Shown: positions 1 to 10,333 of the stretch, one piece after another
How the letters are laid out: every line of letters begins with the position of its first letter
How positions within the stretch are numbered: the stretch's first letter is position 1
Virus record (IMG/VR): IMGVR_UViG_3300047548_001236
Location: 124,001 to 188,000 of that record
Reading direction: 5' to 3' (one strand)
DNA: 64,000 nucleotides
The notes under the pieces: model-generated
What the model was told of the DNA's origin: nothing
The model's database searches: none
What the model saw: only the letters and a program-made list of their open reading frames with translations
Made by a program: the position numbers and the translations under genes

Positions 1-2
1 CT

Positions 3-1859
3 CTGACATACAGAGCTTACAACTTCTCGATTCAATCCACAGACCTAACGATATCAACGAGAACGCAAGAATACTCTATAGCAACCACTAGCACTGAAAG
101 AACAGTAACAGACCGTGTAGTGATTCCTCCACGCAACGACGGTAACGATGGTGGTGGTGGCAATGACCCACTTGCTCAGACGTTCTTCATCAAGAGCAAT
201 ATGGCACCAAAGTCAAACTGCATCTATGTATCGAAGATAGACCTATACTTTAAACGTAAGAGCACTGTCAACGGTGTTACAGTTATGATCCGTGAGGTCG
301 TTAACGGATATCCAGCACCACAAGTGCTGCCTTTCTCTAAGGTTCATTTGAAGCCTTCTCAAGTGAATGTTTCGGAAAATGGAAGTGTTCCAACAACAGT
401 CGTGTTCAAGAGCCCTGTACGTCTTGATGCAGAAAAGGAATACTCATTCGTTATTCAACCAGACGCATTGGATCCAGACTATCTCGTATTCACGTCTAAA
501 GTTGGCGGAAACGATCTCGTCTCAAACATAGCTGTAACTCAAGACGCGTTCGACGGTGTTCTGTTCACGTCGACGAACGATAGAGCGTGGACATCGTACC
601 AGGATGAAGATGTTAAGTTTACCCTGTACCGCTATGCGTTCAACACAGGACAAGGGACGATCACTCTACAAACAGATGCTCCTGAATTCCTGACGTTGAA
701 TGACTGGTCAGGAAATTTCAGAAAAGGTGAACTGATTTACGCACTGAAATCTAACACGATCAGTGTAACTATTACCCGAGGTTCCAATATCGTGTCTGCA
801 ACTGACATCGGAACTGTGTTCCAAGTGGGTGACTACATCTACGTCCAAAATAATGCAGGTGTGAAAGACCTGCTAAGAGTAGCTTCGGTTGCTGGTAACA
901 ACGATTCTCTGACCACAGAAGACGTTGCTAAGTTTAGTGGAACGTTTAATGCAAGATCTGCTGTTGCTGGTAAGGTCGTATACTACAACAGATCTCGCCC
1001 TCAAACCATCTACCTCGAAAACTCGTCCGCACGTTCTGGAAGAGTATTTGCTGCGAATGATAATATATTTGGCCTGCGTTCTAACGCAACTGGTACGATT
1101 GGAACAATTGATAATGTTGAGTTGAGTTTCATACGTCCATCGATTGAACGAATCACTGGCAGAGGCAATGACATTAAAATGGCTGTCAAGGCTGTCAATC
1201 CTGACGCTCCAGAGGATACGCCATACACTAGAAATATACCGTTCAACGATAAAACAGTGTTCAACCAGAAGGGCAGCATTGTTTACAGTAAGTCGAATGA
1301 TGTCGGTGAAGCTAAGGGTCTTCAACTGGTGCTAACGCTCAATAACGATGCTGATACCGCTACACCAGTTGTTGACGTTGAAAACGCTCTTGTTCATATC
1401 AATAGATACCGTATCAACAATACGAGTGGTGATAACGCATCAGCTGTTTATATATCAAAGGTTGTTACTCTTGCAGAAGGATTTGATGCCGAGGATTTCA
1501 GACTATATGTGACTGGCTACCGTCCAAATGATACGAACATTAAAACATACATCCGTATTCAGAACTCGTCTGACCCTCAATCCATTGAAGATAACCCCTG
1601 GATTCCAATGTCGATGGTTGAAGGCAATGGTGTATTTTGCTCGACGACCAACATCAACGATTTCCGTGAATATGTGTATGAAATCACGAAGACGAACGGT
1701 TCGAACTACGGAAGAACCGCCGATGGTGTTGTGTACTACACGAACGCAACAGGTAAATATGTCGGATACAAAACCTTCCAAATCAAGATTGAAATGACAT
1801 CGTCTAACATAGGAGTCGTTCCAAGACTTCTTGATTATAGAGGAGTTGCTCTTGAATGA
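3..1859 (+). CDS. Large virion structural/baseplate protein, C-terminal part (VrlC/DUF4815-like), 5'-truncated by the window
   Basis: Frame is open from position 3 (LTYRAYNFS...). The PLAQTFFI...KIDLYFK...IREVVNGYP block resembles VrlC-like structural proteins of T4-like phages. Confidence 0.65.
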   Translation: MTYRAYNFSIQSTDLTISTRTQEYSIATTSTERTVTDRVVIPPRNDGNDGGGGNDPLAQTFFIKSNMAPKSNCIYVSKIDLYFKRKSTVNGVTVMIREVVNGYPAPQVLPFSKVHLKPSQVNVSENGSVPTTVVFKSPVRLDAEKEYSFVIQPDALDPDYLVFTSKVGGNDLVSNIAVTQDAFDGVLFTSTNDRAWTSYQDEDVKFTLYRYAFNTGQGTITLQTDAPEFLTLNDWSGNFRKGELIYALKSNTISVTITRGSNIVSATDIGTVFQVGDYIYVQNNAGVKDLLRVASVAGNNDSLTTEDVAKFSGTFNARSAVAGKVVYYNRSRPQTIYLENSSARSGRVFAANDNIFGLRSNATGTIGTIDNVELSFIRPSIERITGRGNDIKMAVKAVNPDAPEDTPYTRNIPFNDKTVFNQKGSIVYSKSNDVGEAKGLQLVLTLNNDADTATPVVDVENALVHINRYRINNTSGDNASAVYISKVVTLAEGFDAEDFRLYVTGYRPNDTNIKTYIRIQNSSDPQSIEDNPWIPMSMVEGNGVFCSTTNINDFREYVYEITKTNGSNYGRTADGVVYYTNATGKYVGYKTFQIKIEMTSSNIGVVPRLLDYRGVALE

Positions 1860-2035
1860 TAAGAGATACGAATTCAAAAGCTGTCCTATCCACGGATAGG
1901 GCAGCCCTTGATAAATACCGCATGGAGAAGCAGCGTGTTCGTCAGATCGAACAACTGCGGAAAGATGTGGCAGATCTGCAGCAAACAGTCCTGAACATCT
2001 GCAAAATCATTGACAAAATCACGGAAGAGAAGTAA
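1856..2035 (+). CDS. Small coiled-coil protein (59 aa, MIRDTNSKAVLSTDRAALDKYR...), missed by the ORF track
   Basis: ATG overlaps the upstream TGA (ATGA). It fills the gap exactly. The RDxxSxAVLxTD motif resembles the small gene that follows VrlC-like genes in T4-like phages. Confidence 0.75.
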   Translation: MIRDTNSKAVLSTDRAALDKYRMEKQRVRQIEQLRKDVADLQQTVLNICKIIDKITEEK

Positions 2036-2038
2036 CAT

Positions 2039-3520
2039 ATGTCCAGGAACCTTAACCAGATCAACACGACAGATACCTTCCAGGTGTGGCTGCAAAGAAC
2101 CAATGAGTTGGTATCCGAACTAGGAACGACTGTTGTGACTGCATCGGCGCTAGGCGATACGACAGCCGGTAATGCAACTCTGATTGGATCGTTCACGGCA
2201 AACACAGTAACAGCTATAACTCAAGTGAGAACTAACCTGATCGATACGAAGGTTGGCAACACCAACCCTATCGAATTTCGAGGTATGGTGGACTTCACGT
2301 CGGTAGCAAGCCAGCTTCCGGTTACCATTAGAAACTCGCTGGGTCCTCGCATAAGAATTCAAAACAACAACATTGCTTGGCAAATGGGTCTGAGAGGTTC
2401 GTCTGGTACTGGGACGAACGCCCAGTTCGTCATAGGTGTCGAAGGTTCTGACTTTGCTCTGCGCATTGGCTCCGATGGTATTGTTAGAGCGAACACAATA
2501 TATGTTGACAGCGATTCCTCCAACGCATCTAGCGTTTTGAGAGCTGGTCGAACAATTACTACCAACAATGGCATCACTGGTGGTGGAGCTCTAACCAACG
2601 ATCTGACAATCGGGTTAACGGGTAACGCACTTGCTCTGCATCAACTGACCGATAACGGATTCGTGGCTCGAGTAGGTACAGGTTCAGTTGAAGCAAGAAC
2701 ACTTCAACCTGGTACTGGTATTTCCATATCAAACGGTAGCGGTGTTTCTGGAAATCCGTCTATTGCGGTTGATAGTACTGTTGTCAGAACAACGGGTAAC
2801 CAGGAGATCGGAGGAATAAAAACTTTCTCGTCTGATATCCTCGTAGGTAATACAGCCGGCTCGCAAGTCCTATATGGTGAAATTGAGATAGCATGTTCTC
2901 CTTATCACGAATCAAACGAGAGCATGAGAATCAATTACACGAGTCCTAGCAACCAGTATTTCAGATCGCTTAATATATTCAACGGAAAAACAGAGCTGAT
3001 TGCTGAATTCGATGGTCCAACGTCTTCTATTCTTGTTGGTCCAGGCGTACTTAAAACACAGATCAAGTCCAACCAAATAAACGCATCTCCAAGTGATGGT
3101 AGCGTCAGAGCTCTTGCCCTCAACTTCACTACATCTACAAACGCATTTAGAAACGTTGACATCTATGATGGTAAGGAATTCCTGTTTGCTAGATTTGTCG
3201 GCTCGTCACGAACTCTCGAAGTGATTGGTGATATTACTGCATTTAGTACTGCTATCGCATCAGATATACGCTTGAAAAGCAACGTGCGTACGATTGACAA
3301 CGCTCTTAATAAAGTGTTGAATCTAAGAGGCGTCCACTTTGAGATGGAAGGCAAATCGCAAATAGGTGTAATTGCACAAGAAGTCGAAACTGTAATTCCA
3401 GAAGTCGTAAGCAATAGCGGCGACTACAAGACCGTAGCGTATGCCAACCTAGTCGGTCTGCTTATTGAAGCTGTCAAGGAGCTTAGCAAGCAAGTTGAAG
3501 AACTCAAAGCTAAAAGCTGA
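2039..3520 (+). CDS. Tail fibre/whisker protein with C-terminal intramolecular chaperone (peptidase S74-like)
   Basis: N-terminal TDTFQVWLQRTNEL anchor, G/T-rich shaft, and C-terminal SDIRLKSNV...GVIAQEVE...VAYANLVGLLIEAVKEL. Confidence 0.8.
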   Translation: MSRNLNQINTTDTFQVWLQRTNELVSELGTTVVTASALGDTTAGNATLIGSFTANTVTAITQVRTNLIDTKVGNTNPIEFRGMVDFTSVASQLPVTIRNSLGPRIRIQNNNIAWQMGLRGSSGTGTNAQFVIGVEGSDFALRIGSDGIVRANTIYVDSDSSNASSVLRAGRTITTNNGITGGGALTNDLTIGLTGNALALHQLTDNGFVARVGTGSVEARTLQPGTGISISNGSGVSGNPSIAVDSTVVRTTGNQEIGGIKTFSSDILVGNTAGSQVLYGEIEIACSPYHESNESMRINYTSPSNQYFRSLNIFNGKTELIAEFDGPTSSILVGPGVLKTQIKSNQINASPSDGSVRALALNFTTSTNAFRNVDIYDGKEFLFARFVGSSRTLEVIGDITAFSTAIASDIRLKSNVRTIDNALNKVLNLRGVHFEMEGKSQIGVIAQEVETVIPEVVSNSGDYKTVAYANLVGLLIEAVKELSKQVEELKAKS

Positions 3521-3551
3521 CATAAATACAACAAAACAGAAGGCACGTTAA

Positions 3552-6395
3552 ATGACCATTTGGACACTGATAACCTCCAATACAAACGCTGCATCGGGTG
3601 ACGATCTTCTTGTCAACGCTTCAAATCAGGCGATATACATTACGTTACCTACATCTCCCGTTGCTGGAGATCAAGTTCAGCTTGCTGATGGTTCAGCGAA
3701 TACAAGCTACCTTGTAAGTGTTTCAGCAGGAAGCTCGACAATTGAAGGGAGTGGAAATACACTCGCTCTCACACAAAACGGATATCAAATTAGCCTGATA
3801 TACAACGGCTCGTTGTGGAAGCGGTATAATCTCGCTTTACCACAGGTTAAGGTTTCTGAGCTCAGTGAGATTCTGTCACCATCAGTGTCAAACAACGATC
3901 TTATGTTGTTTGTCGATGCGGAGACACAAGAATCAAATAAAATCAAGCTATCGACACTAAAAGGCAACTTCAACGCTGGTCTTTATAGCAATACAAACGT
4001 CACGGCATTAATAAACGATCTTAATGCATATACGACTGCAAATACTCTTCCACGTTTGAATACTCGATCATTCGACGGTAGATTGTCGTCGTTCTACTTG
4101 AATTATACGAACCTTACGAACAAACCGACAATACCAACAAAAACAAGCCAGCTTACCAACGACGGTAACGTTGCTAATGGCGCTCCATATATAACAGGTT
4201 TGAGCACTTTCACTACCGATCAGTTGGCTGAGGGTATCAACAATTTCTACTTCACAGACACTAGATTTGATGCGAGGCTGGATGCTAGGTTCCCCGAGCT
4301 TTACAGACTGTATTCCAATGAATTTGAAGAAGCGCAGGTTATCGACTCGGAAGTAGCAATAAGTGCTGAGCCGACGACTGTGTTCACAGCAACAAACGCT
4401 ATTCAAGTAAGTTTGTCGGATATCACCAAGTTTGCTGTCGGACAACAGTATAGAATTTTTGGCGCAAACGTTGAAAATACGCCAATCACAGCAACACCCA
4501 CAATCGTCGGAACAACAAAGAGTGGTTTAACTGGTTCGTCTGGTAACACTGTTGCTTACAAACTGGCTCAGTTTGATACAACAACAGGAAAGATATCTCC
4601 CGCATCAGCCACATCTACAACAATTCTTATCGGCACTAACACACTCGACAGCTTTAACAACACTAACAACATTGAGTTGACGTTCAACAAATCGTCGGGC
4701 AACTACGGTATTCTTGTCTATAGAAGCTACAACGGCGGTGCTTACAGCTTGATTGATGTACTTGGACCTAAAGATCTTGGCCCATCGACAACGACAAATA
4801 TCAAATACAAAGACTTCGGTAATTTCAACAACAACCCGTGGACCCGCAAAAACGCCAACGGTGAATACGTCGCTGGTACAGGAATTATCCACATGCCTTT
4901 GACAGCACCTAACTCCGCCTCGAAGGGATGGGTTGACGCTGTCGTATCATCAGTACAGGATACAGTTGATCCGCCAAAGGTGATTTTCACAAGCTCCTAC
5001 AATATGAGCTCACAGGTCACATTGTGTCAAAACGATACCGCTGCTATTCAAGCTGCAATTAACGAAAGAATATCGGCTGGCGTGAACTCGCTGGTTCTTA
5101 ACGACAGACGTTACGTGGTATCTGCTGTGGAGCTGCCAAGCACAGGCAAATTTACATTGTCTGGTAAGGGCAGACAGACAACACTATACAAACTTCCATG
5201 GTCTACAGAAAGCCACAACAGAATGATTTACGCTCCTGGTGTGACCGCCGAGAACGTTTCAATTACAAACATGAACATTGACGGCAACATGCAGAATCAA
5301 TGGCTAAAGTATGACAGCGGCAACGACTCAGATGCGAATTACACAGTATCATTAATGGGAACGGGAATCAACCTGGATAAACTGTTTGTCAACAATATTA
5401 TTGGTGGTGGACTGTTCTCGTTCCAGCCATCGACACTAACAATCAACCTGTGTCGTTTTGAAAATTCTGGAATGTCGGACTATCATGCATTCTCGCCACT
5501 GTATGCTCCAGAAGGCGATGATTTGATTATCACCAACAACGTGTTCCGTAATTTCAGCGATTCGATAGACCTCAACACGACTGATAATGGAGTGTTTGCC
5601 GGTAACTTCGTTGAAAATACTGGCTCTGGTGTGCTGGTATTCGGTTCGAGGTTCTTTATATCGTCTCCAAACATCTTGAAAGGTCCTGCTGGCGAATTCA
5701 TTCCAACACCGGATGTGTTCAATTCTGAATATGACAGCGTCAATATCACGCTCGAAGCCAACACCACATTTACAAGCCCGATGTTCACATACCAAGAAAA
5801 TGGACAGACATTCGACCTGCTCGCAAATAGCGGTTCGTTAACTTACAAGATCGACAAACTCGGTAAGTTTGACAACCAAGAGGTTCTGTATGGAACTCTT
5901 CCAAATAATCTGATTGCAGATCAGGTTGGCCCCGACAAATCTCAGGGACAATTCAGATTCAACATTACCAAGGCAAATGTCGAGACGTTGATGACTACAT
6001 ACTCGTATCCAACATTGAAGGCTGCTAATACGGCACACGTTGGTCTCGTGTATCGTGCAATTCAAACAGAAATTGTGCCATCAGCGACAGTTATTGGAGC
6101 TGGTGAGGCAAACACTGGTGGAATTGGTAGCGATAAATACAGAGTAACAGTAGAAAACTACAGCAACCTGTCTGTTGGAAGAACCGTTTTGTTTGAAAAT
6201 CACGGCGGTGATATTGGAGCAGGTACGCTAAATAATACCGAGGGTGTGATTTTCAGTGTATCTGAAAACACAGGATCGAATCCTCCTCAAGCGTTTGTCA
6301 CCATCGACTATTCGGCTGCTGTAACGTCACCGGGAAGTGGTGGAACACTGCGAGTCAAAAACGAATTTATTCTTGTTAAGGGAAGAATACAGTAA
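3552..6395 (+). CDS. Tailspike-like structural protein with a right-handed beta-helix (pectin-lyase-like) region
   Basis: NDTAAIQAAIN motif followed by N/G-rich beta-helix-like repeats (ITNMNIDGN, ITNNVFRN). Also a TDQLAEGINNFYFTD fibre motif. Confidence 0.55.
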   Translation: MTIWTLITSNTNAASGDDLLVNASNQAIYITLPTSPVAGDQVQLADGSANTSYLVSVSAGSSTIEGSGNTLALTQNGYQISLIYNGSLWKRYNLALPQVKVSELSEILSPSVSNNDLMLFVDAETQESNKIKLSTLKGNFNAGLYSNTNVTALINDLNAYTTANTLPRLNTRSFDGRLSSFYLNYTNLTNKPTIPTKTSQLTNDGNVANGAPYITGLSTFTTDQLAEGINNFYFTDTRFDARLDARFPELYRLYSNEFEEAQVIDSEVAISAEPTTVFTATNAIQVSLSDITKFAVGQQYRIFGANVENTPITATPTIVGTTKSGLTGSSGNTVAYKLAQFDTTTGKISPASATSTTILIGTNTLDSFNNTNNIELTFNKSSGNYGILVYRSYNGGAYSLIDVLGPKDLGPSTTTNIKYKDFGNFNNNPWTRKNANGEYVAGTGIIHMPLTAPNSASKGWVDAVVSSVQDTVDPPKVIFTSSYNMSSQVTLCQNDTAAIQAAINERISAGVNSLVLNDRRYVVSAVELPSTGKFTLSGKGRQTTLYKLPWSTESHNRMIYAPGVTAENVSITNMNIDGNMQNQWLKYDSGNDSDANYTVSLMGTGINLDKLFVNNIIGGGLFSFQPSTLTINLCRFENSGMSDYHAFSPLYAPEGDDLIITNNVFRNFSDSIDLNTTDNGVFAGNFVENTGSGVLVFGSRFFISSPNILKGPAGEFIPTPDVFNSEYDSVNITLEANTTFTSPMFTYQENGQTFDLLANSGSLTYKIDKLGKFDNQEVLYGTLPNNLIADQVGPDKSQGQFRFNITKANVETLMTTYSYPTLKAANTAHVGLVYRAIQTEIVPSATVIGAGEANTGGIGSDKYRVTVENYSNLSVGRTVLFENHGGDIGAGTLNNTEGVIFSVSENTGSNPPQAFVTIDYSAAVTSPGSGGTLRVKNEFILVKGRIQ

Positions 6396-9300
6396 TGTCA
6401 AGTTTAACGAACATAAACAACAATGCATCTGTGGTGAACGTTGGTAGAACAACGCCAGTTACCCCAGGTGTCAAACCAGCTTCGCAATCTATCCCTGTCG
6501 TGATCGCAACTGACCAACCTGCAATACCTGTTATCGAACAACAGAAAATTCAGTCAGAAGTCGCTCTTTCGCTGCTTGGCATTCCTCGCGGTGAAGTTGC
6601 ACTTGGTATCTTTTCTGATGTTAACACGTACGATGTCAACCCTACAGAATGGTCTTCTTCGCCAGCAGAATACACTATCGGTCATGGCATTCAGCATAGA
6701 CCATCAGAGGCTGGCGCGCTTGTCCAAGCTGGTAAAGATAAAATGGCTGTGTTGTCGTCGAAGAGATTCTTCCGCTATCAGCCAGGTCGTGTTTCTGCTG
6801 CTACGTTTGGTGTCAAGAGTTCTGTTAGCCCTACACCTGTCGATCCCGAAGACACGGTAATTGAAGGTGAAAAGTTCGATAGAAACCCTGCAATTCGCAA
6901 GTATGGTATCTTTGATAACTTTGACGGATATTATTGGGAATCTAGAGGGGATGGTAAGGGTGATAACTTTGCAACCATCAGAAGAACACAGTCGCTTAAC
7001 CGTTACAACCCTCTTCCGTTTACAAGTGATATCGGCGGACAGATCAAAGACTATCGTATTGTCGGAAAGCAAGCTGACGACCCTTCGGACGAGCCGAACG
7101 CGGAACCAAACGCAATTCAGGTAATCCAAGACAGCCGCTTTGCTATCATCGATAGTGCATACAATGCTGCTGTCGCAGTATATAGCGCAAACACAAGTAG
7201 CACTGAATATATTCACCTAACAACCAACGCAGACAAGTGTAAACGAGATGCGTCGTTTGCTATCGACGCGTATGTTCTCGATATTCAATATGGTGGAACG
7301 GGTCACACAGTGACTAACGCAACCACGTACAGAACGGCTTTGTTGGGTTCAGGAGACGCGTTGAAGCAGGCTGCTGAACAGCAACTACATACTCAGTTGA
7401 GAGCAACTCTCAAGACATATTTGTCTGGCTTCTCCACCTTGAACACCGTAGCAAGAAATACCCGTATTGACACTCTAACGCAATACATCATCAACGCTGT
7501 AGGTGGAACTCAACCGACTAGCGAATTGACAAGCACAAGCACATCGATATGGGCTCGTAACAAAATCCTGACCATATTTGCTATCTACAAAAGATACCTT
7601 GGCTACCTGGTTTCTGAGAGCTTTGTGCAAACGAACTACACGACACCTATAAAATACAAGTGCTACAGAGACATCGGTTACATTGTCGATGGGTATGCTC
7701 GTGACCTTGCTTACGGTGGTAACTCTGCCACTGTCTACAACATGAAGAACTTCTACTTCAACGATGTTCGTCAAGTTACCACAAACTTTGGTACGGGCAA
7801 CGGCGTTGTTGCGTTCCACCAAAGAGCACACACGCTTCTCAAGCAACTGATCTCAAAATCGACTAACGTGACGACGGCTGACGATCCAGATGCTGGTAGC
7901 TCGCCATGGGACCTGACGAGAGCAATCTTGAAAGGAGCTTCTGCTTCTGGCTTCACCTCTGTGTTCACTCTGTTTGGTCTTGCCAACGTCACAGCTGTCA
8001 AGTCAACGAAGACGATTAAAGACAAATTTGATCAAGATCTGTTTACACCTCTCTATGATAACTTCACAACAGAATATAATGGATTGATGGAGTTTGGTTC
8101 GGGTCCTCAGTTTGGGGATCTGATCACACTACGTGATGGCTTGATTCACATTCATGCTGGTGTGTACGACCCGTCTCTTTTGAAAAAGGTCGCGCCAATT
8201 CGTGTCAATGTCGATCCCACTGCAAACACGATCGAAGCATCTACAGGTGAATTCGTCGTCAACCAGTTCATCACATTTAAAGGCGATGCTGGTGGTCTAG
8301 TAGACGGAAAGATATATGGTGTTGCGTCTGTTTCTGGTCCACGTAATAACGTGATTACACTATACGATCCAGCTGTCAACAACGAAATGTATCAAACAAA
8401 AACCGTTATTGATATTACCTCTGTCGGATCGGCTAACAACTATATTGAGATCGGCACTCCGTTTGTATTCCCCCGTCACTACTTTGTAGGACCACAGCCC
8501 GGAACCAACAACAACTACACACGCTATGACGGTATGTTCCCATACATGTATGCAAAACCAGAAGGAAATGCTGTTGATGGTTCTCTAGGTGATCTTCCTG
8601 CTGCAAACCCAGATCCAAACACGGGTTCGGAATACACGACAAACTTCATTAACAGAGTTGGTTACATCAACACTAGCTACGATCTTTCTGGCGGTACAGA
8701 CAATCTAAAGCGAGAAATCGACTATATCAACTATCTGTATAACAACTGGATCAAGCAGAACGTCGATCCTAAGTACTACGCCGTTTATGAGTATCGTGTA
8801 CCAAGATCTCGTTTCAGTGCTGACAAACTCGATGCTATTCCTGACCGCAATGTCGTGTATAGTGACGTAGCATTTGGAGAGTTGGAAGATGGAAACATCG
8901 CAACAGTGCGTCCTGGTCTGAACGTATACTCCGATGGTAACCAGACACTATCGACAAGCGTTTGGAGCCTCGATCCAGAAAACGTAGCCATGTTGAAGAT
9001 AGAATTCTCGTGGTACGGTGCTGTGGGTGCGCTATTCCTTGCATACGTTCCAGTTGGAAATGGTGAAGCCCGTTGGGTTCGTGTTCACCACATGAGAGCA
9101 TCTAACCAGTTGAAGGTTGCATCTCTTGGTAACGCAACGCTACCAATCACTTACCTGACATATGGCGGTGGTTCAGAAAACAAGCTGGGTATCATCGACA
9201 CGATCTCAAAAGGATACGATTCGACATCCGATCACATCGTGAAGTACGGTGCTTCGTACTACATCGATGGTGGCGACCGAGGAACAGTCAGACTGTACAG

Positions 9301-10330
9301 CCATACAAATAACACCAATACAAAGACGTATGGTAAGATATACGATGTGGGCACAGTTACAACAACAGTCAACACGTCGTTTGAAACAGCGTTTATAACG
9401 ATTCCATCAAACGTTGGACCGGCTGATAAAACGTTCTTTATGAAGTCTCAGGTAGTCACAGGTTCTGTACAGGATCAAAACGTCAGAGTTGAATGGGTTG
9501 ATGGTAACAAGTTGTACATCAACAAAAACGCGCTTGTTTCGACAAACAACGTGAAGATAATTTCCGAGCGTCCTTCTGTCGCGTTCGGTCTGAAAGCCAA
9601 GCAAAACATTTTGAACTCGGTTGGATTTGGTGTTCGCAACAGAGTTCAGGTGTATCCAACAAAACTTTCGACTGCAAACTTCGGATCTATTCCTGTCAAG
9701 ATGGATGTCGTGAAGACTCCTCTGTTCCAACCCAACGTTACGACAAACGGTTCATTCGTTCTGACTGCACAGTACTCAATAACTAGCGATAACCTACCTC
9801 TTCCAACATCATCAACAAGCTACATGTCGAAAGATGAAGACTTTGTGTATGGTTGGTTCAGAGCTCGCATTGGAACAGTGCAGGGAACAGTGTTCGGAAG
9901 ACTATACAGAGACAACGGCGGGTTGTACTACTTCGAAATGAAGGATGTATTCTCTGCCCCTGTAACACTATTCTCTGGCGCTGATTATCCGTTCCTAAAA
10001 GACGGAAGATTTGATTTCCAAGGAAATACCATACCAAATGGCACGCTAACCGATTCGTCTGTCGAAAAGGAAAGACTGAGCTCTGTGTTCATAAATAACA
10101 CTATTCAGTCGCCAGTTCCTCAGACAGGAATTGTGAATGCTTCGTTCTTCTTGAAACCAGGATCAGACCAATTTGATCTGTTGTCGTATTTCGACTACAA
10201 TAAAGATTATCTGTCGTATCCTTTGACTGATGAGGTGTCGAGCATCTATTTGATGTCTTCAAGTATAAGTGAAGCAAATTCAACACCAGCTGCTGAAATA
10301 AACGTGGGTATGACTTGGGAAGAACAGTAA
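6395..10330 (+). CDS. Large virion structural protein, paralogue A
   Basis: 1311 aa, coupled to neighbours. Shares FRYQPG, KIEFSWYGA and YGASYYIDG motifs with the next ORF. Confidence 0.6.
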   Translation: MSSLTNINNNASVVNVGRTTPVTPGVKPASQSIPVVIATDQPAIPVIEQQKIQSEVALSLLGIPRGEVALGIFSDVNTYDVNPTEWSSSPAEYTIGHGIQHRPSEAGALVQAGKDKMAVLSSKRFFRYQPGRVSAATFGVKSSVSPTPVDPEDTVIEGEKFDRNPAIRKYGIFDNFDGYYWESRGDGKGDNFATIRRTQSLNRYNPLPFTSDIGGQIKDYRIVGKQADDPSDEPNAEPNAIQVIQDSRFAIIDSAYNAAVAVYSANTSSTEYIHLTTNADKCKRDASFAIDAYVLDIQYGGTGHTVTNATTYRTALLGSGDALKQAAEQQLHTQLRATLKTYLSGFSTLNTVARNTRIDTLTQYIINAVGGTQPTSELTSTSTSIWARNKILTIFAIYKRYLGYLVSESFVQTNYTTPIKYKCYRDIGYIVDGYARDLAYGGNSATVYNMKNFYFNDVRQVTTNFGTGNGVVAFHQRAHTLLKQLISKSTNVTTADDPDAGSSPWDLTRAILKGASASGFTSVFTLFGLANVTAVKSTKTIKDKFDQDLFTPLYDNFTTEYNGLMEFGSGPQFGDLITLRDGLIHIHAGVYDPSLLKKVAPIRVNVDPTANTIEASTGEFVVNQFITFKGDAGGLVDGKIYGVASVSGPRNNVITLYDPAVNNEMYQTKTVIDITSVGSANNYIEIGTPFVFPRHYFVGPQPGTNNNYTRYDGMFPYMYAKPEGNAVDGSLGDLPAANPDPNTGSEYTTNFINRVGYINTSYDLSGGTDNLKREIDYINYLYNNWIKQNVDPKYYAVYEYRVPRSRFSADKLDAIPDRNVVYSDVAFGELEDGNIATVRPGLNVYSDGNQTLSTSVWSLDPENVAMLKIEFSWYGAVGALFLAYVPVGNGEARWVRVHHMRASNQLKVASLGNATLPITYLTYGGGSENKLGIIDTISKGYDSTSDHIVKYGASYYIDGGDRGTVRLYSHTNNTNTKTYGKIYDVGTVTTTVNTSFETAFITIPSNVGPADKTFFMKSQVVTGSVQDQNVRVEWVDGNKLYINKNALVSTNNVKIISERPSVAFGLKAKQNILNSVGFGVRNRVQVYPTKLSTANFGSIPVKMDVVKTPLFQPNVTTNGSFVLTAQYSITSDNLPLPTSSTSYMSKDEDFVYGWFRARIGTVQGTVFGRLYRDNGGLYYFEMKDVFSAPVTLFSGADYPFLKDGRFDFQGNTIPNGTLTDSSVEKERLSSVFINNTIQSPVPQTGIVNASFFLKPGSDQFDLLSYFDYNKDYLSYPLTDEVSSIYLMSSSISEANSTPAAEINVGMTWEEQ

Positions 10331-10333
10331 ACT

